A stretch of 52,300 nucleotides of DNA from a virus (Duplodnaviria; Caudoviricetes): positions 1 through 52,300 of IMG/VR virus record IMGVR_UViG_3300014913_000017. One strand, written 5' to 3'. Shown here in pieces: positions 28,503-38,413 of the stretch (the first letter of the stretch is position 1; each line of letters opens with the position of its first letter). The translations under genes and the position numbers were made by a program. Under the pieces are notes generated by a model that made no database searches, was not told the DNA's origin, and was given only the letters and a program-made list of their open reading frames with translations.

Positions 28503-29203
28503 GCAACGGAACGCCATTGCCGTGCGTCCAGTACGGGGATCCTCCTCCCAGCCATTCGATCACGTTCCCGGGTGGGATCGTTCTACAAAGCCCGCCGATC
28601 TTCCGGCCCCACGATCGCCTGGTGGAACTGGAGGGGCTGTTCGCCGCGCTGTCCCCGGCCATGGCTGGAATGGGCCCTGTGTTCACCATCATTGAAGTGG
28701 TGGGCGCGATCGTGGACATGGTGAAAGCCATTGCCACCTTGAACCCTGTTGAGATCGCCAACGCTGCGGTGGCCTTTGCCCAGGCTGTGGACAAGCTGTT
28801 GGGGATTATTCCCCAGGTGTCCCTCCCGCTTTTCATTTTCGGCCTCCTCAACTTGGTGGTGGATCTGCTCGCCACGCTGATCGATTTCCTCCAGGGTATC
28901 CAACAGCAACAGGCCCAGATCGACGCCATGAAGGAGTACGCCCAGGAGCACGGGATCGAACGGATGTACCAGGACGCCCTGTGCCTGGAGGAAAACATCC
29001 AGGTTCAATTGGAATACTTCAACAACGGCATGGGTGCCCTGGCCGCGTTCATAGTGATCATTGAAGCCCTGGGATCAATCGCTGGTCTGGACATATCGAT
29101 CGACGCGGACACGGGGGGCGGGGATACATCGGACACCCTTGACCGCCTGGCCTCCATTGTGGATACCATCACCTTGATACTGGAGGCGATCCCAATCTCA
29201 TGA
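28499..29203 (+). CDS. alpha-helical hydrophobic baseplate-region protein
   Basis: GTGA-coupled to the spike gene, long amphipathic helices. Confidence 0.65.
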   Translation: MSNGTPLPCVQYGDPPPSHSITFPGGIVLQSPPIFRPHDRLVELEGLFAALSPAMAGMGPVFTIIEVVGAIVDMVKAIATLNPVEIANAAVAFAQAVDKLLGIIPQVSLPLFIFGLLNLVVDLLATLIDFLQGIQQQQAQIDAMKEYAQEHGIERMYQDALCLEENIQVQLEYFNNGMGALAAFIVIIEALGSIAGLDISIDADTGGGDTSDTLDRLASIVDTITLILEAIPIS

Positions 29204-29592
29204 GCGTGAACGGCACCAAGGTTCCCATGGAACGCACGGCCAACGGCTGGCGCACCCTGGAGGGGGACACGTTCCTGGAAAACGTGATCCAGTTTTTCAT
29301 GCTGGTGAGGTCCAGCGAAAACGGGACCACGGGGGAATGTCCCTGGGATAAGAAGTACGGGACGCCATGGGACATGATGCGGCACCGCAATATCAAGGCG
29401 GGCATGGTGGAGCGGTACGTGTCCACCACGCTGTCCAGGTTCAAGGCGTATGCCGGGGACCACTTGCGGTTCACGGTGGTGGAAAGGTTCGCGCCCGCGG
29501 CCACCAACACCGTGTGGCTCCGCTGGTGGTGGCGGAATTTGCAGACTGGCAAAGTGACGGAGGAGGCAACCAGTGTCGAGTTTGCCGAATGA
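29200..29592 (+). CDS. baseplate wedge / sheath initiator (gpW/gp25-like)
   Basis: GECPWDKKYGT corresponds to the GExxxxPxxG motif. Lies before the J-like gene. Confidence 0.6.
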   Translation: MSVNGTKVPMERTANGWRTLEGDTFLENVIQFFMLVRSSENGTTGECPWDKKYGTPWDMMRHRNIKAGMVERYVSTTLSRFKAYAGDHLRFTVVERFAPAATNTVWLRWWWRNLQTGKVTEEATSVEFAE

Positions 29593-31114
29593 TTTTGATA
29601 TCCTGAGATCCTTCGATTATGTCGATCGGGATCTGGACACGATATACCTCCGCCTCCTGGACCTGGTGACCTCCAACTGGCCCACCTGGGGACGCATCAA
29701 AGCAAGCTGGGACAATTACCTGTTGGGGCTCATGGCTCACAACAGTGACGTGGTTCACTTCTACCGGGACAACCGCCTCCGGGAATCATTCCTGGCCACC
29801 GCCAAGCTCCGTGAGTCCGTGATCAACCTGGGTGCGTGGGTGGACTATGAATTGTTCGGGCCACAGCCAGCCACGGTGGATCTGGAATTCTCGATCCCGC
29901 TGATCGCTGCGGCGGACGTGACGATCCCGGCGGGGACGGTATCGAAAACCACGGGGCGGTTGCGCCTGGATTTCCAGTTGCAAGCGGACGTGGTGATCGC
30001 GGCCGGGTTGCTCACGGCCACGGGCACCGCGGAAAACTCGACGGCCCGCACGGAAACGCGGGTGAGTGATGGGACGGCGGATCAGCGGTTCCTCCTCACA
30101 TACAAAAATTACATTGACGGATCCATGGGGATCACCGCTGCAAATGGGGCGTACACGGAGGTGGACACGTTCCTGTCAAGTGGCCCCACGGATCGACACT
30201 ACACACTGACCACGGACACACAGGGCCGTCCGATCGTCCAGTTCGGGGACGGCTCACTGGGTGAGGTTCCACAGGGCACGATCACCAGCGGGTATGACAC
30301 GGGCGGAGGGATCATTGGCCAGGTGGAAGCTGGCACCGTGACCTCCCTCCAGGGATCGTTCACGGACGGCCTGGGCAACCCGGTGGACGTGAGCGTTACC
30401 AACCCGGCGGAGGCGATCGGCGGTAGTGACATGGAATCGATCGCCCATGCGAAAAAGGCGATCCCCGCCAGCCTGGGCAACGTCCGCACCACAGTGAGTT
30501 GGGAGGATTTCAAAAACAACGCGGAACTGGTGCCGGGTGTGGCACGTGCCGTGATCATGACCGCGGATCAGGACGCATCGATCCCGGAAAACACGGGGCG
30601 GTTGTACATCGCCGCGGAGGGCACCCAGTACGCCAGCGGGTACACGCCCCCGGCGGAGCCCACATCGGGCCTGGTGGCGGACGTGCAAACCATGATCGAG
30701 ATCACCAGGCCCCACACGATCACGTTCACACCCACGTACTTGCCCGTGGTGTTCCTGGACATTGACCACCTGGCCACGGTGTATTTCGAGGAGGGCTTTG
30801 ATCCCACGGCCGTGGTGGCCACCATGGAAACCAACCTGGAAAACTGGTACGCGTCCCTGGATGACACGGGGGCACAACAGGACAATGCCCGATTCGGATT
30901 CGAGTACACGGACGCGGACGGATCCGCCACCGGGGAATTGCCCTGGTCCGATGTGTTCAACGTGCTGCGGGACACGGAAGGGGTGCGGAAGATCGATCCG
31001 TCCGGTGGGCTGTACCTGAACGGCCTTTCCGCTGGTGTGCAACTGGGAACGGTCCAGTACCCGCGCCTCCGATCCCTGACGGTGATCAATGGTGACACGG
31101 GGGCCACAGTCTAG
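29573..31114 (+). CDS. baseplate J / gp6-like wedge protein
   Basis: DYVDRD, ESFLATA, IVQFGDGSLG, GGSDMES, RTTVSWEDF..VPGVARA. Confidence 0.9.
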   Translation: MSSLPNDFDILRSFDYVDRDLDTIYLRLLDLVTSNWPTWGRIKASWDNYLLGLMAHNSDVVHFYRDNRLRESFLATAKLRESVINLGAWVDYELFGPQPATVDLEFSIPLIAAADVTIPAGTVSKTTGRLRLDFQLQADVVIAAGLLTATGTAENSTARTETRVSDGTADQRFLLTYKNYIDGSMGITAANGAYTEVDTFLSSGPTDRHYTLTTDTQGRPIVQFGDGSLGEVPQGTITSGYDTGGGIIGQVEAGTVTSLQGSFTDGLGNPVDVSVTNPAEAIGGSDMESIAHAKKAIPASLGNVRTTVSWEDFKNNAELVPGVARAVIMTADQDASIPENTGRLYIAAEGTQYASGYTPPAEPTSGLVADVQTMIEITRPHTITFTPTYLPVVFLDIDHLATVYFEEGFDPTAVVATMETNLENWYASLDDTGAQQDNARFGFEYTDADGSATGELPWSDVFNVLRDTEGVRKIDPSGGLYLNGLSAGVQLGTVQYPRLRSLTVINGDTGATV

Positions 31115-32565
31115 TGGCGATCCTGAATCCCAGTTTTGAGATCGCGGAACCGAACGCCAACCCCGGGGAGGCGGAGGACTGGACGCACGGGCAGAGTGGC
31201 GCGATCGGGAAGCGGTGGGCCGGGTACCAGGCGCACGATACCGATCCCGTTTTCTATGCCGTCGAGCAATACCACGGAGGGTGGGGCAATGACGGCGCGT
31301 TTATCTGGGGATTCATAGCGGGGTCCACGGTGGCCCAGTCCCCGGAAACTTTCGAGGATTGGATCACGTCTGGTGTGGATATGCCCTGGGAAACGGAACT
31401 GGATCCCGCGGACAGGTTCAACGCTTTCTATGATATCTGGGCGGGCGCGTTCCCCGGGTTTGCACAGGCGGAGGCTTTTGAATCCCTGTGGGACAACGAT
31501 CGATCCTGGATCACCGGGGTGCCCACATACGATTTCCACCTCCGCCAGTTCCAGGACGGGGGGGCCCCCACCTACACTGATCCGGGAACGGGGTTGCCAT
31601 CCTATGTGATCGGATCCGGTGATCGGATCCGGGTGGTGCTCACCAGGTGGCTGGGAATGTTCCCCTCCACCTTTGCCCCCAACATGGTGTTGACCCCAGG
31701 CACGTACAACGTGGCGGACATGGTGACGCACCTCCAGGCCGTGACGGATGCGGCCTTGACCGCTGCGGGTGGGGCATTTGCGCCTGGGGATATTCTGTGG
31801 ACGGAGGCACCTGGTGGCGGTGTCCGCGTGAGTGTGGACAAATCCCTGTATTGGATGAACACTACGGAGCCCACGTCCGGTGTGACCGCGTGGGGATCGT
31901 TGCTGTTCACGATCGATCCGCGTGGCACTCAATTTCACCCGGGGGATTTCACGGACGTGGCCACGCTGGCCCTGTACACCCCGGGCCTGGCGTATGAACT
32001 GTTCGATCTCTACTGGGACAACGATTTTGACGAGGTGCTGTTCGATCTGCGGGACTGGATTGACGGGCATGACGCGGTGTACCCACTCACGATCACGGGC
32101 GGTGTCAATGATGTGTTCTGGATCTACTGGGACAACCTGGCGGGCCAGTCCACCATGTTGCAATGTACGATCAATCCGAACACGTACCCCAACGCCGCTG
32201 CCCTGGCCGCTGATATGCAAATCCAGATCACCGCGGCCTTGATCGCCGCGCCAGTGGTGCCACCCATGGGCGGTGGTGAGATCAGCGCGATAGCAAACCC
32301 CACCGGACAGATCCGACTGATCAACCACGGGTCCGCGGCCCCGCCTGGTTATCAAATGTGGCTGGCCACCCCGATCGGTGTCAGTGATGCGTGGCCGGAT
32401 CTCGGATACGATCTGCAATTCTGGCTGGCACCTGGTGTGTGGGATTTCAAAACGCGGAGGCTTCCCGATTTCCTGGCGTTGACTGCGGCCATGTATGATG
32501 TGGTGCCAGGGCCCCCGGAGCCTTACGAGAATTTCGAAGACAATTGGACCAGCGTGTTGCCATGA
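31114..32565 (+). CDS. baseplate/tail-associated structural protein
   Basis: NPSFE start, repeated E-x-F-E-x-x-W motifs, two PGTY/PNTY modules. Coupled to baseplate J. Confidence 0.6.
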   Translation: MAILNPSFEIAEPNANPGEAEDWTHGQSGAIGKRWAGYQAHDTDPVFYAVEQYHGGWGNDGAFIWGFIAGSTVAQSPETFEDWITSGVDMPWETELDPADRFNAFYDIWAGAFPGFAQAEAFESLWDNDRSWITGVPTYDFHLRQFQDGGAPTYTDPGTGLPSYVIGSGDRIRVVLTRWLGMFPSTFAPNMVLTPGTYNVADMVTHLQAVTDAALTAAGGAFAPGDILWTEAPGGGVRVSVDKSLYWMNTTEPTSGVTAWGSLLFTIDPRGTQFHPGDFTDVATLALYTPGLAYELFDLYWDNDFDEVLFDLRDWIDGHDAVYPLTITGGVNDVFWIYWDNLAGQSTMLQCTINPNTYPNAAALAADMQIQITAALIAAPVVPPMGGGEISAIANPTGQIRLINHGSAAPPGYQMWLATPIGVSDAWPDLGYDLQFWLAPGVWDFKTRRLPDFLALTAAMYDVVPGPPEPYENFEDNWTSVLP

Positions 32566-32567
32566 TG

Positions 32568-33128
32568 TCACTTCACCCAGGCGTACCGCTTCCCCGTCCT
32601 GATGTTGCTGATCAGTGTTGCGGACACGCCATACTTGCGGGCCAGGGCGCATTGTGTGATTCCGGTATCCAGCGCGGCGCGAATGTTTCGCACCTTGGTG
32701 GGGCTGAGTTTTTTACAAAAGCCCCGGTGGTTCCGCTTGGGGGCACGGGGATTCCACAGTCCGTGGCGGATCGCGTGGTCAGTGTTTTCCTGGTACGTGA
32801 CCACCTCCAGGTTGGAGGGGTGGTTGTTGGTTTTGATTCCATTCACGTGGTTGATCGTCATGCCGTCCGGGAATTCGAGGCCGTGAGCCACCATCCACAC
32901 GGCACGGTGAACCATGCACCTGTACCGGATCCCGTCGAGGGTGAAACCAAAACGGTGATACCCTTTCACAAGCTCAAAACGACAGGGACGCCAGGGGACG
33001 GCCTCCGGGCCTCCCTTGCCTCCCCTGTATCTGCGATAGTAGATAGAACACGTGCCCGCATTGAAGCGGAGGAGCCCGCGGTCAATGGCCGTGTGGATCG
33101 TTTTCAGGGTTGCCCGGGCATATCTCAT
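32568..33128 (-). mobile_element. free-standing HNH homing endonuclease (HNH_3 with C-terminal HTH), antisense insertion
   Basis: VHRAVW..INHVNGIKTNNHPSNLEVVTYQENTDHA and KLSPTKVRNIR..LARKYGVSATLISNI. The only convincing minus-strand gene. Confidence 0.88.
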
Positions 33129-33169
33129 GGCCGGAAAAGTACCATAACAGAAACCGGAGGACAATAGCT

Positions 33170-33913
33170 ATGGCCGAGATCGATTGGACTGAGGCTGACG
33201 ACGGGTTGGCGGTTGCCTCCCTCCTGGGTGGCGTGACTGCGGGTGAGGCACCTCCACCTGGTGGTGGAACGTTTGTGTATGGGTTCCGTTCCGCGTCCGC
33301 TGTGACGGGAGCCAGGGCCCTGGCCACCAACCAGGCGGATTATTATCCAATCACCACCCCGGCCTCCGCTGGTGGTGGTTCGATCAGCGGTGCGATCAAG
33401 CGTGGGTTGTCCACGGTCACCACCGGGTTTGCCCCGCTGTTTTTCATCGGGGCCCAGGCGAGTGGCCCCCCGCCTCCGTCCGTCCTGGATAACGCTTACA
33501 TTCTGGGACTGGAGGACAATGAGCCCCACCGGGTGGTGTTGCGGAAGGGAAGGATCACGGATGGTGTGCCCGCGGCCACCGCGGAAAACTCACTGATGCG
33601 ATCCATGACCACGGAATCCATTGATACCTGGTGGCACATCATGTTGGACATGATCGTGAACCTGTCCGGGGACGTGGTGCTCCGCGTGTTCCGAAACGAC
33701 CTCACCACAAACCTGGTCACCAACCCGGTGTGGGAGGATCTGGAAATGGAAGGGGCCAACGATGGGATCAACGGATTCATTGACGACGCCCTGGCGGCGA
33801 ACAGTGGATCCCTCCCCTACGTTTCCGGGTATCTGGGTTTCGCGGGACAGGTGAGTGAGCAAGCCCGCCGGATGTACTTCGATCAAATCGTGACCGCCAG
33901 GCAACTGCCCTAG
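33170..33913 (+). CDS. tail/baseplate protein, possible beta-sandwich (lectin-like)
   Basis: SD GGAGG then MAEIDW. WWHIMLD..GYLGF..YFDQI pattern. Confidence 0.6.
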   Translation: MAEIDWTEADDGLAVASLLGGVTAGEAPPPGGGTFVYGFRSASAVTGARALATNQADYYPITTPASAGGGSISGAIKRGLSTVTTGFAPLFFIGAQASGPPPPSVLDNAYILGLEDNEPHRVVLRKGRITDGVPAATAENSLMRSMTTESIDTWWHIMLDMIVNLSGDVVLRVFRNDLTTNLVTNPVWEDLEMEGANDGINGFIDDALAANSGSLPYVSGYLGFAGQVSEQARRMYFDQIVTARQLP

Positions 33914-33925
33914 TAGGAGGACCGG

Positions 33926-34306
33926 GTGCCCGAATTCACGGATCTGGATCGGTGGGTTGGTATCAGCCAGGGAAGGCTGGATCGATCGTATGCGGAGGCG
34001 GGTTCCTACCTGTACGCGATCACGGATGAAAACCAGCACCCCGTGGACGTGACGATCCCGGGCGCGTACACGGAAGTGATCCAGAATGTGGACGTTACAG
34101 CGATTAGTGGGATCCTGTTCCGGTTGCGGTACGTGGCCAGCCCGGATTCCAACTGGCGAGTGGAGGCCAACATTGCCGGGTTCGGGGCGTTCACGTTGGA
34201 CGTGCCCATGGGTGATCCTGATCAGGATTGGAGGCCGATCGTGATCCCGTGTGGCAAGCTGGTGGGGGTGGTTGCTGTGGCGATCACCGCTCAGGCGATA
34301 CCATGA
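33926..34306 (+). CDS. hypothetical tail-region protein
   Basis: SD AGGAGG, GTG start, ATGA coupling to the next gene. Confidence 0.6.
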   Translation: MPEFTDLDRWVGISQGRLDRSYAEAGSYLYAITDENQHPVDVTIPGAYTEVIQNVDVTAISGILFRLRYVASPDSNWRVEANIAGFGAFTLDVPMGDPDQDWRPIVIPCGKLVGVVAVAITAQAIP

Positions 34307-35721
34307 CGATCCGCATACCGCCAGCGATCTGGATCGATCACTTCGACCCGTTTAGCGGGGCACAGATCGTGGTGGCCAACCAGGTGCCCGCGATCAATGA
34401 CGTTCACGTGTCACCCCTGGCACGGATCGATCTGGACGTGCTGGACCTGGGCCCGAATCCCAACCAGCCCAACCTGGTGCAAGTGTGGATCCGCGGGATC
34501 CTGGCGTATGACGGGGTGGGGTTCCAGCCACCGTGGCACCTGGGATCCACTCTCAACAAGATCGCATCACCCGGCTCCGCGGTGAATGATATCTGGCGTT
34601 TCAGTTTCTACCACGGCGGGGGCTTCCCATTCACCTCCGGTGAAGTGGTGCCCGTGCGAGTGGAGGCGGATTCCACCGGGGCATACAACACCGCGGTGGA
34701 TTACACGTTCACGGCGGCGGACACGGTGGCCCCGCTGGTTGACAGCGTGGAAGCCACGGGCCCCAGGTACGTGGTGGTAACGTTCAATGAAGGCGTGGAT
34801 CCGGACACGGTGATCCCGGCCAACTTCACCCTGTCCAGCACGGACCCCCCGTACTACCTGGCCGCGATCGAGTCCGTGGAGGAACTGTTCCCGTATCAGT
34901 ACCGCTTGAAGTTTGATCAGGAATTGAGCAACGGGCGGGAATACGATCTGGCGATCGAGAATGTCCAGGATCTTGCGGTGCCACCCAACACGATCGCGCC
35001 CGTGGTGGTGCCGTTCACCTCCGCAGTCTACCCAGCCCCGGACGATCGGCGGTGGGATCTGTGGTCCATGGTTCCGGCACGTGTGCGGTGGGCGGATCGA
35101 AAGCTCACGGGCGGAAGCCCGGGACACACCCAGCGGTTTATCCAGGTGCTCCAGGAGGTGGTGGACCTGTGGCTGTTGGACGTGGACACCGATCAGTACA
35201 TCATGGATATTGACCGGGCCCCGGAGGGTGCCATTGACCTCCTCCTCCGTTTTTTCCGCAACCCGTTTCCCTTTGTCCTGACGGACAATCAAAAGCGGAA
35301 GCTGGCCCGGATGCTGTTCACGATCAATGCCAGCAAACACGCCCAGGGAATCATTGACGTGGTGTTTTTCTTCATGGGGATCGTGATCACGATCACCCCG
35401 CTGGGGTACGGTGGCGGAGGGTGGCGACTGGCCACCGCTGGCCTCCCCGCGTGGAGGCTTCCCACGTATGGCAAGCTGGGGGTCACCACGCGCCTCCTGG
35501 GCACCGGGCCTGGTGAGGCGTGGCCCTATACTTTCATTGTGGACGTACCCGTGGCACTATCAGACGATCAACGCCAGCAACTGGTGAAGATCATCGAAGT
35601 GATGAAAGCGGCGCATGAACATTACATCATACATGAACCCACACCACCGCCTCCCGCCACCTGGTTGCTGGGCGTGAGTGGGTACACGGAACTGGGAATC
35701 ACCACCAGGTTGGGAACGTAG
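34303..35721 (+). CDS. baseplate wedge protein (P2 gpI-like C-terminus) with Ig-like domains
   Basis: DTVAPLV..VVVTFNEGVD..YDLAIENVQDLA (Big-like). DIDRAPEGAIDLLL..MKAAHEHY (gpI-like). Confidence 0.7.
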   Translation: MTIRIPPAIWIDHFDPFSGAQIVVANQVPAINDVHVSPLARIDLDVLDLGPNPNQPNLVQVWIRGILAYDGVGFQPPWHLGSTLNKIASPGSAVNDIWRFSFYHGGGFPFTSGEVVPVRVEADSTGAYNTAVDYTFTAADTVAPLVDSVEATGPRYVVVTFNEGVDPDTVIPANFTLSSTDPPYYLAAIESVEELFPYQYRLKFDQELSNGREYDLAIENVQDLAVPPNTIAPVVVPFTSAVYPAPDDRRWDLWSMVPARVRWADRKLTGGSPGHTQRFIQVLQEVVDLWLLDVDTDQYIMDIDRAPEGAIDLLLRFFRNPFPFVLTDNQKRKLARMLFTINASKHAQGIIDVVFFFMGIVITITPLGYGGGGWRLATAGLPAWRLPTYGKLGVTTRLLGTGPGEAWPYTFIVDVPVALSDDQRQQLVKIIEVMKAAHEHYIIHEPTPPPPATWLLGVSGYTELGITTRLGT

Positions 35722-35733
35722 GAGGCAACGGCC

Positions 35734-37485
35734 ATGGCCGATCGGCATGATTATTATTTCGGGGAAGTGGTCACGGAATCGGAACTGGACGAGGGTTTTG
35801 ATTTCCAGGAACAGGCGGACTGGGATCAAAACACGGACATGGGCTTGACCGGGATCGCGTTCCCCCAGTACCAGCCAGTGGCCCCGTGGCCCAACAGTGA
35901 AAACCTGGGGGACGTGAACCCCTCATGGACGCCCAGGGAAGACGGCCCTCCATCCACGGACATGATCGTGGATACCGGGTATGGGTACGACAAGGACGGC
36001 AAGCGGTTGGCCGTCGATCCTTCCACGTCCGTGGTGGTGGACTGTTCCCAGGATTACCTGGGCGTGTCCAACGCGGTGGCCGTGGGCAATGAGCGGTGGA
36101 TCGGCCTGTTCCTGAAATTCAACCGCGCCCTGTCCGATCCTCGCACGGATGACAACGGCCTTACGGTGTGGTTCCTCCAGGAGGAAAGTTACACGATCGA
36201 GGTTCACCAGGGCCCGGAGGAACTGGCCCCGGCCGTCACCAGGCCCGCGCTGTTGTCGGATGGGATCCTCCTGTGCGACGTGATCTACACCAACGGCACC
36301 CCGGCCGCTGGGATCATGGATGCGGATCGGGATTTCTCGCGCACGGAGTACCTGGTCAACCTGGATATGTCCGCGTTCATGGGCGCGATCCCCAGCCCCA
36401 TGAACGGGCGGATCATCGGGCGCAACCTGGCGGAGGCTTTCTGGAATGCGTTTTTCCTGGTGGGGATTTTCGCCAATAACACGTACATCCCCCTGGCCGG
36501 GTCCAACCAGATCACGGGTGAGTTGACCCCGGCGGTTTCTTGCACGGACGATCTGGGGAAGGTCGGCCAGCAATGGAAAAAGCTGTACGCCCAGGCCACA
36601 CAGGTGGCACCCAGCACCGTGAGCGGTGCCAGTTCATTCAGGCCGGATCAGGACTGGGATCCCATTTTCGGCCACAGCTATGCCGGGCACGTCAACCAGT
36701 CGATCGACGCCTTGATCGGCGCGGCCGCCACCTCATGGGTGGACCTGGAGGGAAGGCACGGCCGGGCGTACCTGGATGAATGGGAGGATTTCCTCACACA
36801 CGATATATCCCTCCTGAAATTCGGGGCGGTGCCCCCGGCACCTGGTGGGATCAACAACACCGATCGGTACACGGTCAACAACCTGGGGGCCACCCCTGGA
36901 ACGTGGGCATTCAACGCGGCCCCATTCGTTGACGGTGGGTTTGTGAAGTTGACCGCCGCCGCCCCGGGTGATGCGGTGAGCGTGAACGGATCGATCTTCC
37001 CGGCGCGGGCTGGCGTGTCGCAACAGCCGTGGAGGATCGAGCACGGTTTCTGGATCGAGAATTTCGATTCTGTGGGATCGCTGATCAGGTTCGGGGCCAT
37101 GGACAGCGGCGGCGGGATCTACGAGGTGATCTACGATCCCGGCGGTGTGATTCTCGCCGCACCATCGCCCAACATTTGGATCCGGTACGCGGACGCCCTG
37201 GGCGGTGGCCCATTCGAGTTTGATACCGGGTTCATGGTGCTGTTCGGGCTGAATATCTGGGGTGTGGAGATCGGCCGTGACAGCAACACCGGGGACATGA
37301 TCATGTCCTTCTATGGCGGGCGTGGTGTTTTGTGGCAACTGAACCTGACGACCCTGGGCGTGTACGGCAACCTGGCCACCTTCATGGTGGACGTGTTCGC
37401 ATACGTGGGCGCGGGCGGTGGCGCGGTCAATCCGTGTATTGTGAACTGGGACTGGCACCACACCCAGGCACACAGGCAATTCTAG
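35734..37485 (+). CDS. tail fibre / receptor-binding protein
   Basis: DYYFGEVVTESELD..GYGYDKDGKR..ILLCDV N-terminal baseplate anchor. DDLGKVGQQWKKLY fibre motif. Confidence 0.7.
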   Translation: MADRHDYYFGEVVTESELDEGFDFQEQADWDQNTDMGLTGIAFPQYQPVAPWPNSENLGDVNPSWTPREDGPPSTDMIVDTGYGYDKDGKRLAVDPSTSVVVDCSQDYLGVSNAVAVGNERWIGLFLKFNRALSDPRTDDNGLTVWFLQEESYTIEVHQGPEELAPAVTRPALLSDGILLCDVIYTNGTPAAGIMDADRDFSRTEYLVNLDMSAFMGAIPSPMNGRIIGRNLAEAFWNAFFLVGIFANNTYIPLAGSNQITGELTPAVSCTDDLGKVGQQWKKLYAQATQVAPSTVSGASSFRPDQDWDPIFGHSYAGHVNQSIDALIGAAATSWVDLEGRHGRAYLDEWEDFLTHDISLLKFGAVPPAPGGINNTDRYTVNNLGATPGTWAFNAAPFVDGGFVKLTAAAPGDAVSVNGSIFPARAGVSQQPWRIEHGFWIENFDSVGSLIRFGAMDSGGGIYEVIYDPGGVILAAPSPNIWIRYADALGGGPFEFDTGFMVLFGLNIWGVEIGRDSNTGDMIMSFYGGRGVLWQLNLTTLGVYGNLATFMVDVFAYVGAGGGAVNPCIVNWDWHHTQAHRQF

Positions 37486-37507
37486 GAAAATTCAAGGAGG
37501 CAATCCC

Positions 37508-37861
37508 ATGTTATTCACTGAACAGCGGCTGGAAAAGTTCCTCCGGGACAACCCGGATCACTTGCTCACGATCACGGCCACCACGGTGGACGGGGAGGTC
37601 CAGGTCACGGCAACGGTGGCCGGGGAGGGTGACGGCAAGGTGGTGGAGGTGGCCAAGATCGCGGAGGCCGTGAAGCTGGAGGAGGTGCCGTGCAAGCTGG
37701 CGGAGGATTTCCGCGCCAAGTTGCTGGTGGCGTCCAAGGTGGAGGACAGGTCCAAGCTCCCCACCTCACAGCGCACCGCCATGGGCACCGGGATCCCCGG
37801 GATCGCGGAGGCCAGGATTGATGGGAACGCGATCCGGGAAGCGTTGCCCAAGCTGGGCTGA
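37508..37861 (+). CDS. hypothetical protein (possible fibre chaperone)
   Basis: SD AAGGAGG, follows the tail fibre gene. Confidence 0.55.
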   Translation: MLFTEQRLEKFLRDNPDHLLTITATTVDGEVQVTATVAGEGDGKVVEVAKIAEAVKLEEVPCKLAEDFRAKLLVASKVEDRSKLPTSQRTAMGTGIPGIAEARIDGNAIREALPKLG

Positions 37862-37871
37862 TCCGCGTTCC

Positions 37872-37901
37872 TTGACCCGTCCCGGCACCGTGGGGGATAC
37901 T
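37872..37901 (+). promoter_or_regulatory. putative promoter TTGACC-N18-GATACT for the membrane/lysis genes
   Basis: Intergenic -35/-10-like pair. Confidence 0.4.
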
Positions 37902-37926
37902 GTGATCATGTGCGGAGGTTGTCCCC

Positions 37927-38199
37927 GTGGAGTTTCAGTGGTTGGAATTTGGGATCGGCGCTGGGTTGTTTCTGATCGCTGTGGTCACCACCTTGGTAGG
38001 TGTGGGCTGGCGCATTCGAGGCATGGAGGCCAGGTTGCGTGAGGAGTCCAGGGAAAACGCGGAACAGGAGGCGTTCCGGGCCATGAAAAAGCACCTCGAC
38101 GCGGAACACACCAAGGACAGTGAAGGGCGGACGCTGCGGGAACGGATTGGGCTGGTGGAGGCAACGTGCAAACAACGGCACCCACAAATTGGAGGCTGA
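37927..38199 (+). CDS. single-TM membrane protein with coiled coil (holin/antiholin-like)
   Basis: FGIGAGLFLIAVVTTLVGVGW TM segment, LRERIGLVEA coil. Confidence 0.55.
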   Translation: MEFQWLEFGIGAGLFLIAVVTTLVGVGWRIRGMEARLREESRENAEQEAFRAMKKHLDAEHTKDSEGRTLRERIGLVEATCKQRHPQIGG

Positions 38200-38201
38200 A
38201 C

Positions 38202-38387
38202 GTGGACACGCAACACAGACCGAACACGGACACAATGACACGCACCAAAGAAATGATCCGGAGGGTGGGGAACAGTAAGGCGGCCAAGGAGGTGCGGAGG
38301 GCTGTGCCACCGTGGGGCGTCATTGTGATCGCGGCGGTGATCATGGGCCTGGCGGTGGCGTGTCTGGCTTCTGCTTTCAACGGCTGA
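38202..38387 (+). CDS. small C-terminal TM protein
   Basis: SD GGAGG then GTG. PPWGVIVIAAVIMGLAVACLA. Confidence 0.5.
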   Translation: MDTQHRPNTDTMTRTKEMIRRVGNSKAAKEVRRAVPPWGVIVIAAVIMGLAVACLASAFNG

Positions 38388-38413
38388 TCGAAATTCACAC
38401 AAGGAGGTATAAC

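Noticed and set aside
19679-31114. Stand-alone extracellular contractile injection system (eCIS) or tailocin
   Set aside because: Capsid, protease, neck and replication genes are contiguous, so this is a phage.
32544-33167. Plus-strand 207-aa ORF spanning the HNH locus
   Set aside because: It is the shadow of the minus-strand HNH, which has clear catalytic motifs.
10773-37485. Diversity-generating retroelement acting on the fibre genes
   Set aside because: No reverse transcriptase and no adenine-variant TR/VR repeat pair seen in the window.
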